Shown here: piece after piece, positions 37,781 to 51,899 of the stretch | Layout: the number at the start of each line of letters is the position of its first letter | Numbering within the stretch: the first letter of the stretch is position 1 | Source: the human T2T-CHM13v2.0 reference genome, Homo sapiens | Assembly: GCF_009914755.1 (NCBI RefSeq) | Contig: NC_060945.1 | Direction: 5' to 3' (one strand) | Length of the DNA: 64,000 nucleotides | Position numbers and translations under genes: made by a program | The notes under the pieces: model-generated | Told to the model about the DNA's origin: nothing | Seen by the model: the letters and a program-made list of their open reading frames with translations, nothing else | The model's database searches: none

Positions 37781-38989
37781 GGTTTCTCCTTTAAATGGAT
37801 TGGAAATTGCAGCTAATGTGTGTCATCCTCCAGGCGAGAATCTCTCTGCCATCTTCATGCTCTTCATTGCCATAGTCATAAATGATCCCTCTTCCCTCTC
37901 CATAGCATCTTTTTTGTCCTAGAGGTAGGTCTTGGGAAAGGGAGAATGAAAACCTTGGAGAAGCTTCTGAAAAGGTTCAGGAAAAAGAGAATGGGGAAAG
38001 GCAGAAGTTTGAGATGAGGGCTTGGGAGAATTCTCTTGCAGTGAGAAACATAAGCAGGAGTATAGGGGCAATTTTGGCTTCTGTTGAAAGAGGGCTGAAA
38101 TAGCACAGGGAGGGATTGAAGCATGCCTTGATCCTTGACTACACTGATGCTGAGATAAGATAGATGAGAAAAAAGAGAGCAGGGACAACTTTCAGAAGGA
38201 TGGTCGTTTCTATAAGGAAGAGGAGAAGTTTCATAGGATAGAGCAGTAAAGGAGTGATTTTCCAGTTCTAGGAGCTGTTCATAAAGAAATGAAGGATTTT
38301 CATAATGTGAGTGCTGGTAAATCAGAAATTGCCACTAAATCTGGGGGGAAAAAAGGCTATTTAGCTTAAGAATTCAATGGAAATTAAATGAATTGAAACA
38401 ACCCCAAATTTTTTTTTGAGTTGAACTTTGCTTTAGAATATATTTAGGTTTAAGTGGAATATCTCATTTTTTTAAAAGGAAGAACTTAGTCATATAAACA
38501 AACTGAAATAATAAAATCAGTAAATGTGTATGGGTATACAGTTATCTGATACTATAAGCAAGCATCCTTCTGTTGCTATACAGATCCTAGATGAAAGAAC
38601 TCATCCTCATTCATTTTGAGTCCTACGGAGTCAGCAGTACCAAACTCCATCAATCCCTTATTAGACCTCATCATCTTCCTTCCAGTATGCAGATAGAGCT
38701 TATTTTACAAACTAAGCCTTTTTCTTGAGATTGGTAAATATTGTTTGAGCCCTTAAGCCCTTAATTTTCGCATCTAGCCTATTGTCCATAGTCTGAAGAG
38801 GGAAAGCAAACATTAAGATATAATCAAATTTAATTTTGTGATCAAAAGATCAGTGTTCTATGCTCCAGAAAATCAAGTATAAAAGGAAGACATTTAATGA
38901 ATGCTCACCAACGTTTCTGATTCTTCTTCTCCTAGGCCTATTATGTAATTACATTTCCATCCCCTTTAGGTTGAGGAGACCAGTACTTT

Positions 38990-39240
38990 GATTAGTGCAA
39001 TGCAAGGAGAAGTGTTTGGTCCTTTAACAGTTAGGGCTCCATTCACCACATTCTTTCCCCTCTGCCATGATAACCAGTGACATTTACAGATAGTGGAGGC
39101 TTCATCACCCTCGGCACCAGAGAGAGGATGAGGTGGAACAGTGTCCCCTGCCAACCCAGGATGGGCAGGTATCAAAAAAATTAAATAAACTTTTTTGGTT
39201 CTCCGTCACGGAGAGTTTAGACTTGTGTGATACTGCCACA
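38990..39240 (+). mobile_element. MaLR LTR fragment (MLT1I/J/K-like)
   Basis: 'ttcccctctgccatg', 'cccctgccaaccca', 'aaataaacttt' LTR poly(A) region. Confidence 0.6.
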
Positions 39241-39374
39241 CAGTCTTTCACTGGATTCATACATTCGGTGAAACTGGTGGGCTTGGAAATGATGGTTAAA
39301 CATTTCTTGAGCATCAGAGGGGCAGGAAATTTAAATTACTAGAAGGTAAGCTTCCAGCCTCTGAACATGTATCA

Positions 39375-39995
39375 AAAACAAGTGAAGGAAAACTTATCTC
39401 CACACAAAACCCTGAACACTAGTAGCAGCTTCATAAATAATTGTAAAATTTTGGAAGCAACCGAGGCATCTTTTAATAAGCTAATGGATAATCAAACTGT
39501 GTTACATCCCATACAATGGAATATTATTCGGTAATAAAAAGAAGTGAGATATTAAGCCACAAAAAGACAGGAAGAAACCTTAAATGCACATTACTAAGTG
39601 GATGCGTCACTCTGAAAAGGCGACACACTGTATGATTTCAACTACGTGACAGTATTGTAAAGGGCAAAACTGGTGGCAGTAATCAGCCATTGTCAAGGGC
39701 TTATCGTAGAGATGAAGGTAGGGATGGGTGAATCACAGGGGAGTTTTAGGGCAGTGAAACTATTCTATTGCCAAAACCCATAGAACGTATAACACAAAGA
39801 GTGAAGCCCAATGTAAACTATGGACATTAGTTAATAACAAGGTATCAATACTGGTTCATCAGTTGTAATAGGTATATCATATTAATCAAGATGTTAATTT
39901 AAGGGAAACCAGGGGAGTTGGAAGAGGGGGTATCTGGAAAAATCTTTGCACTTTCTGTTTAGCTTTTCTGTAAACCTAAAACTGCTCAAAAATTC
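39375..39995 (+). mobile_element. L1MC1/2-like 3' end
   Basis: 'ttttagggcagtgaaactattct', 'caaaacccatagaa', 'aatgtaaactatggac', 'ctgtaaacctaaaactgctc'. Confidence 0.8.
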
Positions 39996-40540
39996 AGCTA
40001 GAAAAGCAAATAAAGGATATTTTAACTTAACAAAATACCAAAGATCCATTTACGTGATTACAAAGTGAAGAGGTAAGTGGTGGCAGGTTGTTGAATTGAG
40101 GGTTGGTCTGGTGGGCTTAATTGTGGAATACTTCGACGCACACAAAGGGTCATACATTTGGATATTATCCAGAAGAGGACATAAAAAAAATGAATGAGCT
40201 TCTTGGAGAGAAGAGCATAAAAGACTAAGGTAAACTGTGGTAAGAAAGAATAGTCTTGAGAAGTAATTGTAAGTGATTTTGTCCTCATGACCAGAAATAT
40301 GCCATCCTATGGACAGAAATAATACTGCATCAAAACACTGCTTAAGCAAGTTACCCTGCAGGAATGTTAATTCCAGTATACATTTATTTGGTAATCAGAG
40401 ATAAGTAGGAGAGATTCACTTTTGTAATGGCAAAGCCGATCTTTCCAAAATGCCTCACAGTGGAAAGGAGGTTTGCAGTGTGTGAGGAACCCTGCTAACG
40501 CCCACTCAAGTGCAACAATATAACTGGTAAAAATTATTTA

Positions 40541-41460
<920 letters not shown>

Positions 41461-42253
41461 AGGGCATATTCTTTTTTCTAATTGCTAAGGCAATTTGGGT
41501 ACCTAGGCATGATGTTTGATGGTATATTTCTTAGGTTGCTATTTGGTTTGGTTTAGAGGGGGGAGAACGTGGTTGATAAGGCCTCTTATCTCTCTGTAGT
41601 CCACAGTTTCAAATCCCAATTCTACCAGTTTACAACCTTACCCAAGGGGGAAAGATGCTGAGAAAAACAAATTTTATTTTAAATATGCAGACTCACAAGA
41701 AACTTCCTGTCTTCCATGAGAGTAAAAAAGTACGACTATCCTCTATATAGTTAGGTTAGAAGTCTTCTTGGTTTCCTCAAGCTAGAAAGGAGCTTATAGG
41801 AAGAGAACAGCATAGGGAAGATCCCCCTTTCCTTAGCAAAGCTAGGGACATTGTAATTCGAACTTCTCTGTCCTCCTGCTAAATACATCTAGCTGTCTCC
41901 ATGGTCCTTGTAAGTCCATAGATACCCACCTGAAAATGCCCCCTTTATTTGAGAAATACAGTCTTGAAGCATGGCCTCATATTGGACAGAGATCATAATG
42001 AGTCCTCTTTCTCAGTATTTCTTGGTGAGGGAAGAGGGACTATTCCATCCCCACTGTAAACAGATCTCCTCATCCTGGATATGCTCTATATTTACATTGT
42101 TCAGAGCCATCTGGAATGATCTAGAATATAACAAGAGTGATATCAACCCAGACCTTACTTTCTCTCTTTGGGGTGGGGTGGGGATAGGAAATGAGGTTTT
42201 TGAGGAGGGCAAATAAAATGCAATCGTTAAAAAATAAAATGTTGATTACATTA

Positions 42254-42778
<525 letters not shown>

Positions 42779-43584
42779 TACAAAGTTGATATAAGAGATA
42801 AGCTTTTGTTTTCACATCAATTTAATACACTTTTATTAAGCACCCACCGAATCACCAAAAACCTGGTGGTTTGGTCTTCATAGATAAGTTGCCACCCTCA
42901 AAGCCCTCTACTGAAGGCGCACTCATGCTACGTGCCAAGTTCATAAGTGACACTGGTTTCTTGCATTTCCATACCGCCACGGACCCGGATTTCCTTGGGG
43001 ATCTGAAATAGCCTAATGCTAATTCCAGCTTCTATGCTGGTGAGGGTATTATCAGCAAGGAATTAGTTGAACCATACTCAGCAGGAGAGTATATTCTCTG
43101 CTATGATTGATTCTGGATAGTTCAGAAGAATGCAATCCTATGAAACATGATATATTCATTGGCTAATTTTCAGGACAGACCATGAATTCTGATCCCAGGC
43201 TCACCGCAGTACTATCGTCAGCTTCCCTGATAAAAGCAAAGCTTCTGAGATGCTCTTGCTATTGTTTGGAGGAAGGTATGGTTCAGCAGGTAATTAGGTT
43301 TTTATTGGCAAAATCTGCAAAGTTCCCATTCTCGTTTTAAGAACCAGTTTCTCTTATCAGGACTTTCCTAGTAGAGATCATATTTCTGCAGGAGATTTGA
43401 GAAGGCAGAAGGGAGAATGTCTGACCTGGCCCAGATAGATCATGAGCCCTAGGCTAGAGGTGACTAGGGAGGCTGGGACTTGCCTCAGGGACGTGGTTGC
43501 GCCCCTACATTATACATTACTTAGTTTCCTTCCAGACAGGGAGGGGAGCCTTTCATTTTTTTGTTTGAGATCACCTTTCATTCA

Positions 43585-44202
<618 letters not shown>

Positions 44203-47200
44203 GTTCTTATTTGGGAATGTTTGAATATGGAATGATTGGTGATGATGCACAGAATGCTGTTAGAGGGTAGGAGAACGAGTTGAAAAGGTGAAAATGCAGG
44301 CAGAGCCAGAAGTCTAAGGAGCTTGGAGGACACAGAATTAACCCCATGGGCTCACACTGGACACTAGTAGTTGTATCACTTTTGTTCGGCTAACACATGG
44401 ATTTTTCTTGTTTTAAAAATATTTGAACTAGAATAACTTTACCTCCTCCATTTAAGGTAGAGCCACCCCTTCCTACAGTATTCCACCAGAAGCCTTACAT
44501 TCTTTACTACTCCCCCAGGCCCCTAAAGACAAGTGAGTGTGCAATTTCATGAGCAATAAAAAGTCACCAGAGGATTTTAGGCAGATTTAACAGATTTGTA
44601 TTTTAGAATGATTGCTCTAGCAATAGTGGCTATTATCACAACTGGGAAGGGGAAGCAGGCCCAAGTAGATGCTAGAGCAATAACTGAGGTGAGACATGAT
44701 AACGCTCTGGGTTAAGGCAAAAGATATGGGTTGTAAGCTACAGATTAGGAAAGTCTTCAAAAAGTGGCTAGCGTAAGAAGAATCTGCTGAGGACCAACAT
44801 TTTTAGAAATAAGCAAATTCCCAACAAAGGGATAGAAGAACAAACTGGGGAGAATGGCTGTATACTGAATTCAAGATTGGGGCATGTTGAAATTTAGCTA
44901 ATAGGTTGACAAGCTGGATATTCATGAGTGGTAGGAAACAGAAGACAACTAGACAATTAGAAGGAACTTGGAATACAGTATGAGGTGCTTGAAGACATAG
45001 GGATGGCTGTTTCTGCTCAAGATGTAATGAAGGAAGAGACAGCTGTAAGGCAGAATATCGGCAGTTATGGGAAAATAAATCTGTTATGAGACCAGATGAA
45101 ATTAGCATTAAGAAGAGAACTAGGAGACACTGGGTTGTGAAAACCAAAGAGAAAAATGGGTCAATGGCTTGCCCAGGCCAGAAATGCAAGTAGAAGGAGT
45201 TGCTGCTTCTGACTCAGGCCTGCCTGTTTTCTGAGTGATTTTTGATTGCTACACTCTTGGTATATATCATCTATAATAGTCAAAGTAGGCCAGAACTTCA
45301 CCCTTAAGCATCTCAGTCTCCCCAGAACAGGCCTTTCCAGAGTGAACTACAAGCAGGAAATCTCCCCTTCAGAGGGCTGTCTATTCTTTGGCAGGTAGAC
45401 CTGACTTTAGTAGTAAAGGCACAAAATTCTCTGGGATGCAAGCAATTCCAAAGGGATCTAAAAGACCATCCCTGCTGCTTACTTTGGAAAGATTATCATG
45501 ATTATCTTTATTAGCACAGAACTATGTAAAGTGAGGTAGATTTTATTATGGAGGTGAAAGTGTGGGTAGGAGCAGGTAATCATGCTTGAGCCCACTAAGC
45601 CCTAAATTCATCTACCCTCTCTCTGGTCAGACTATCCCCAGAGTTTAGCCATGTGTAAGTCCCCATTCTTGACTCCACTTAGGAGATAAAAATCTCTTTG
45701 TGGATGTTGTTGGGGGTGGGGAATGGAAGCTTCCCCCCTGCCCCGACATTGTTGTCAACTGTCCTTAGAAAAGCAGAAAAGAGCAAAGAGCTCTATGGAC
45801 AAAAGCCCAGATTTTTATGGACACAGGGAAAGGCCACTGCAGCTTTAAAGAAACACTTTCTCTGTTGAAGTGGGGTCGGAAATGTAATGGAAGTAGGTAG
45901 CAAACTCAAAGGTATGGTCTTGTGAGAAAAAGTATTTATTTGTTATAGGAAAGCAATCAGGGAAAAGGGAGAGAAAGGCCTTCGCTAGAGATCTAAAGCT
46001 TATTGATCAGTGTGTGTTACAGCATTGAACCCACTGGTATTATTCCCATACTTTAGTCTCTCCCACAGACTGGATTGAGCCCGTTTTTATCCACATTAGG
46101 CTATCAGCACTCTAAGTGCTTTTCTAATGGACATTTCCCCCCCAAAAGTAAGGTAATTGAAAGGAGAAAGCCATGATTTAGAAGTTGCGGAAGTGGCGAA
46201 GGTTTGTATTACAACTTTGGTTTTTGAAAGTGACTACAAAATTATGAAGGGGAGAGAAACAGGATCTCTCCCAGTTTACCTAAGCATTTCTATATACTCA
46301 AAGACACCACTGTGAATCAAACAAGAACATAAGAAAACTCAGAAGACATGGGCAGAGAAGCAAAATGGCCAGGTACGATGTAAAATGTAACGAGGCTAGC
46401 TAGCACATCCAACCTGGTGCTAAAAGTCTTTTAAGGACTTGAAGCTAGCTTGTGGAAAGATCAGCTATTAATGTTTGCCAGAGGCAACCCTTAGGCCTTT
46501 AGAGAAAATTGTAGTTTTCCAATGATAAGAAAATTACCCCATGGTTCTGTTCTTGAATTATTTTATCAATTAGCTAAGGGAAAATACAATCTCAGACAAT
46601 GCACTGTACCTGCACTGCGGCTCTATTGTGTGGCATCATTCACATAGCTTTCCAAAAATGTGGGCTATGACAACTATAAAACGTTAGGTCATTTTCTTTT
46701 CCAGATGTGATCTCAGAGGTTAATGTTTCTCAGCTGAAGTGAGGAAAATGAATATTCCAAAAGGATTGCAGCTTTTCTTAAGGTTTGGAACACATACCAA
46801 TGAAGTTTGGTAAAGGCAACAGAGGGAAAGCAGGTGGTTGTCTAGGACTTTGTGTCAACATAAAGGCTGTAAGAAGACTTTTGAATGTCTCAAAAATTCT
46901 CTTCTGACTGCAAAGGTATACTATTTCAAAATTTGGTTTACTGATTAAAAGGTTTATATGCGTACTTTTAGACACTCATAAGAGGACATCAAAAGTGCAA
47001 CAGCACCTCCCCAGGACTGGAATTTATGGGACTCTATTTCCTATTATTCGGCCTCCAACTCAAGTACATAAATTTTGGCTTTTAGAGTGAGAGTCTTTAA
47101 CTTATTTATGAAGATGGAATCTGAAAAATGTTGTAGATATTGTTGTGCCAGCCACTTATAGAGAATTGGAGTATTAAATGATGCTAAATGATGCCAAAAG

Positions 47201-48442
47201 CTTCCTCTACCAACCCTTATAAGGTGAGGTAGTATTAGATACAAGTTTTATGGAATAAACAAAAAAATTACCAGTATGCTTAATAATGAACATTTAAAAC
47301 CTGTTTCCTACAGCCAAACAGGTCATAGTTGAGTGATACCAGTGGTAGGAAAATAAATTTCAAAATTACTTTTGTTGATGATTTTCCACACTAACAAGCT
47401 TGAAATAGAACCTTATATAGTATGTGATTTTAATCTGAATTGATTTTTAAAGACCCTCCATATTAAAGTCACAGGCACTATTTTATAATCAAGAATAGCT
47501 AACTGGTGCTTCTCTTCATAAAAATCCCTCCTGGGCAATTCACTACTTGATGCACTTGTCAGGGTTTTTCACCATGTAAATAAAAGAAGACATGGTTGTG
47601 CATCTCTCATTCTGTTATTATACAAATAGCAAGATGCAATTTTTCAACATTTTAATAATGTAGAACAGCAGGAAGTATTTTTATTACTTGAACATTTTTA
47701 GACATTTATAAACCTATTAAGAGAGAAGCTGCATGGATTACAATAGACCTATCTGGGTCCCAGGAAACAGAATTCCTCTTTGGGAAAATGTCTTTCTCAT
47801 AAATTATCATTATTTGTAAAAATAAAAATTCCTAAGCTGTTAAGTTTACCTGGGTACAAAGTTTTTTTTTTTTTCTTGGAATCCACTGGTCTCTAATACT
47901 TATTGAGTATGTATGTTGCTTATCAATTACTCATTACCTATACACATACAGCATATATTTAAACATGTAAACACGTGTATATACATACACATTCATTTTT
48001 GGAAAATTATTAAACTCCTTTTTCTTTTATTTAAAATAAACCACACCCATTAAAAACTGGATAAAAGCCTTCTGATAAAGTCTTATCCTAAAATGAAGTG
48101 TGTATGTATATACATATAGTCAACATTAATTTTGAATACTGCACAAACTATTTTCTAGTTTAAAAATTTACAGTGATCAACTAGTTACACACTGAATCAT
48201 GGGAGAAAGGCCATAGGCTGATTGTCACTTTGAGTTATGCCTTAATTACCCTGTTTCTAGTGCACTAACTTGCTAGCCACCTTCTTTTTTGTCCCCTTTA
48301 TTTTTCTAAGAAGGGCAAAACATCCTTGAAGATCACTGTTATATTCATAGCAATGTGTTTTACGTTTATGGAAAACCTAAAAACCAGAGAAAGCCCACAA
48401 AATAACAGTCATTTCAAACCAGAGACAATGCATTTTTTCTCA

Positions 48443-48448
48443 TTTATT
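48443..48448 (-). terminator. NRIP1: Distal polyadenylation signal AATAAA of NRIP1 (cleavage ~48420-48425)
   Basis: TTTATT on the + strand. Downstream on the - strand lies a GU/U-rich element (TGTCTCTGGTTTG...TGTTATTTTGTGG), and upstream a UGUA motif at ~48518. Confidence 0.75.
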
Positions 48449-49184
48449 CAAATTCACTGCAGGAAGTAAACACTAAAAGATTAAAAAACAAAACAAAAAA
48501 ATTCACACTGCAGTATGTACAGTTTCATGACATCACATGAAGAAATTAAATTTCTAATAAAAATGGCAAATTATATTACTGAGCAGATCGCATCAAATTT
48601 GGTTGTGTAAACACCAGAATTCTTACTATGAATGGTAATGTGCCTATATTCCAGTATTGCTAATACTGGGATACTCTTGGAATAATGTTTGCAATGGGAT
48701 TAAAAAATTCATGAAAGTAGTTGTGTGAATTCTTTATGTTTAAAAGTGGTTGACGATTAAAAAAATTCTTTAAGACCCTTCGAATCAAAGCACATTCTTT
48801 CACAAAGCTTAAACCACAGACGTCATGTCCAGAAATGGAATACTGTCATGTTAGGATGAACATCTGATCTGATTTGTTAAGACATTTTGCCAAATGCACA
48901 GATGCACAGGGTCCCCCATGCACTTTTCATGCAGCAGGTAATCACAACTTAAATAAAAGGTTTATTCTATACATTTGTCCAGACTTGCAACTGTATACAT
49001 ACATGCACAACTTTTAAACCTGTCTGATTATATTTACACTTATACATGGAATATACAGGAACCAAAGAGATTAAAAGGCTTTTCTGTTGCATTAGAACAA
49101 TACAAAATATGTATTTTTCATTAAGGAAATCACTATTTACATCACCTTTAAAAACCGATTTTAACATCTTCATGTAACAAGTCA

Positions 49185-49204
49185 ATATATATATATATAC
49201 ATAT

Positions 49205-49235
<31 letters not shown>

Positions 49236-49237
49236 TA
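49185..49237. repeat. Interrupted (TA)n microsatellite inside the NRIP1 3'UTR
   Basis: Read directly. Confidence 0.95.
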
Positions 49238-50798
49238 CTCTCACCAGTTTACTCTTCTGTAAGATGCAGCAGAGAATAAACAGGTAATGAATGCTACCTT
49301 ACTGATGTCAATAAGCTGTAGTACCCTTTCACAAATGACTTTATTAGAAGAAATTGTCTAGATATCTAAAATAGTCCTTGAAAATGTGTATATGTGCATC
49401 CTTGTATCTACATATGCATAAACAAAGTGAATCTGTGGATGTATGCCCTTTCTCACTGTTCTTTAAAATCACCCTAAATTCAAATTGGGAACATTCTCTA
49501 GTAAATCAGAACAGCATTCTTTGTGGTCATGTTTATTTAAGTATTACATATTCTCATTCCTTTGTTAACAACAACGAAAACAACCAGCCAACCAAAAAAA
49601 CAAAACAAAACCCACACACACACACACAAAAGTAGCAATGCTGGCCCTTGGTCTTTTCCCTGACCTAAATTTCACTCTCTTGTAAAAAGGTCATTTCCCC
49701 CTACCCAAGGGAGAATACCAACATATTTTTTCTGACATACCTCTAAGGCTCCAAACCTTCCACAACGATCAAGAAAAATGACTTGTTTAAAAGCTTATTT
49801 ATATAGTGTTGACAATAAGATTGTCATAGTATGGACATGGAATAGAATATATTCAACTGGCCAGTGGAATTTTATGTCAGAATAAGCCTATGCCTTCACT
49901 TCTCCATGATGTTGCATAATACCCACTCCTATTACTGTATAATATTTCCAGTAGCTATTTACAAATCATTCTGAGGAAAAATAACCATTTAGGGTTTTAG
50001 ATCATATTAGGAAATCACACCTATTTTTAATATAAAAATCTTAGAAACCACTTCAAGTAGAACAATTTTAAATCAATATCCTAACTAGTAGTGATTATAG
50101 AATAATTTTTGATAGGTCATTTGCTAACCTGGTTCACAATTAAGAACAAAATATCTGGTGAATGAATTGTGGATTGTACAAACTGAACATAAAAACAGAC
50201 CTGTTTCGCAACTGAAACCCCATGTGGCTTCACTAATATATTAATTTCTTCTAAGACAGTATCAATATGTACTTTTCATCACTACTTTAAAGTAAAAGAT
50301 CCAATGGAGTGATTGTGTACAATTCTGTCACGTATATGTGCCCTTTGTACTTTTTATTTAGTCAATCTGAGTTTAGTGCCCTTCTTGGGTTTAAACTAAA
50401 TGTTGTAAGCTTTGTTGGCATTGTTCTTAGGACAATGGTTTTAATAAAGGTTAAGGATGCATTCAGGAGAAGTTTCCAAACCATCCTGGAATCACCTGAG
50501 TTTGGTAAGTGGCCCTGTTTTTCCATCCCTAAGGCTAACTAAGTAGATGTTACTCATTAGAACACACAAATAATCACAGATTTTCCTGAGATGTTGAGCC
50601 AGATATGAAAGTTATCCCCTCCACCCAATTTTTGTCATAAAAAGTGTTCTGAACCCGATTTCCAAAGACATAACGGTAATATATGAACTACAATATTGCA
50701 AATTTTGAGCTGATGTGTGACTGTATTGGGGAAAATAGAGGCATCACATAGTTTTTTGTTTTTGTTTTACAGTCTCATGTTCTGAGGAAAGTCATAAG

Positions 50799-50983
50799 TC
50801 ATGGTTCTCAAACACAAGAAACACCTAGAGAGCATGTTAAGATGCAGATGGAAGATTCCAGGTCCACTTAGCAGAGATTCTTGTTCTGTAGATCTGAGAT
50901 GCTGCCTATGAATCTGCATTTTAAAACAAGTGCTCCAGATGGTTCTAATGCAAGTGGTCTGAGTTCAGGTTTAAGGAATCCTG
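50799..50983. mobile_element. MER5-type (hAT-Charlie) relic inside the NRIP1 3'UTR
   Basis: 'atggttctcaaac...aatctgcattttaaaacaag..ccagatggttctaatgca'. Confidence 0.7.
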
Positions 50984-51899
50984 GTCATAACACTCGCAGG
51001 TACCACAGGAATGGTGAGAATTAACTTTTACAAGAGATGGTGAAAACTGTCCAAAGAAAAGCCATTTTGCTTCTGTTAAAAACAATTTCTTAAATATTCA
51101 ACTTTTCAGGAAACCACCTAAAGATAAATGTTAACTTTTCTAATTCTGTAAAAGGAGGAGTATTAATTTAGTAAAGTAGTTAAAATACAAAAAATGGAAA
51201 TCTGCCTTTTTTTTAAAGGATCTATCAAACTTCCCTCAATTGTAATCAATTTTTACTAAGTAGCACAAGGTTTAAAGAAATATATATTGAAAAGGATCAG
51301 GGTGGGACAGACACATTGGGAACCACAAAACCTCTTCCAAGAGTTAAAAATAAACACCTTTTTTTTTCTTTTTAGCAAAAGTGAAAAATGTAAGCATATA
51401 TTTTTCTAATTTATTTTTGAATTGGATAATAAGCTGTGAATCAGCACTAGGTTTTTTTTTATTGGATAATTATCCTTTAAAGAGTTGTTTAACAGTTTAG
51501 ACTTTAAAAATGTGTTATGTAGGCTGACTTCTGAAAAGCAAAATAAAGTACCCTAATAAAGGCAGCAAAATGCATTAATCCACTATGAATGGAGTTTTAC
51601 ATTTTAATTTATGCCTAATATTTATAAAAGAATTTCATTCATAGGCTACTCACAGTTGTTATCTGACGCATACAGAAGTGTTAAACAACCAATTGCTAGT
51701 TCAGTAGTTTCCTCATGACATCTAATGTTAAGCAAAAATTAGTATGCATATTTCAACATCACCAGTAACCAATACTTTTCAAAATGAAAAAAGTTTCAAT
51801 TATACCATGCTTTTTTTCAAATCATGCTCTTATTTATACAGATCTCAAGTTCATACTCATTAGTTTTAAAAAGATCCAAAACTGGATGGCAGGTACATT

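Larger units (their letters stand above)
48420..51899 (-). other. NRIP1: NRIP1 3'UTR (~3.5 kb, AU-rich)
   Basis: Nearly repeat-free AT-rich sequence between the stop codon and the poly(A) signal. Consistent with the known long NRIP1 mRNA. Confidence 0.8.

Noticed and set aside
42903-42935. CTCF-like (TCAGTAGAGGGC on -) and HIF-like (TACGTG) motifs
   Set aside because: The CTCF match has mismatches at key positions and the hexamer is expected by chance. Not supportable without ChIP data.
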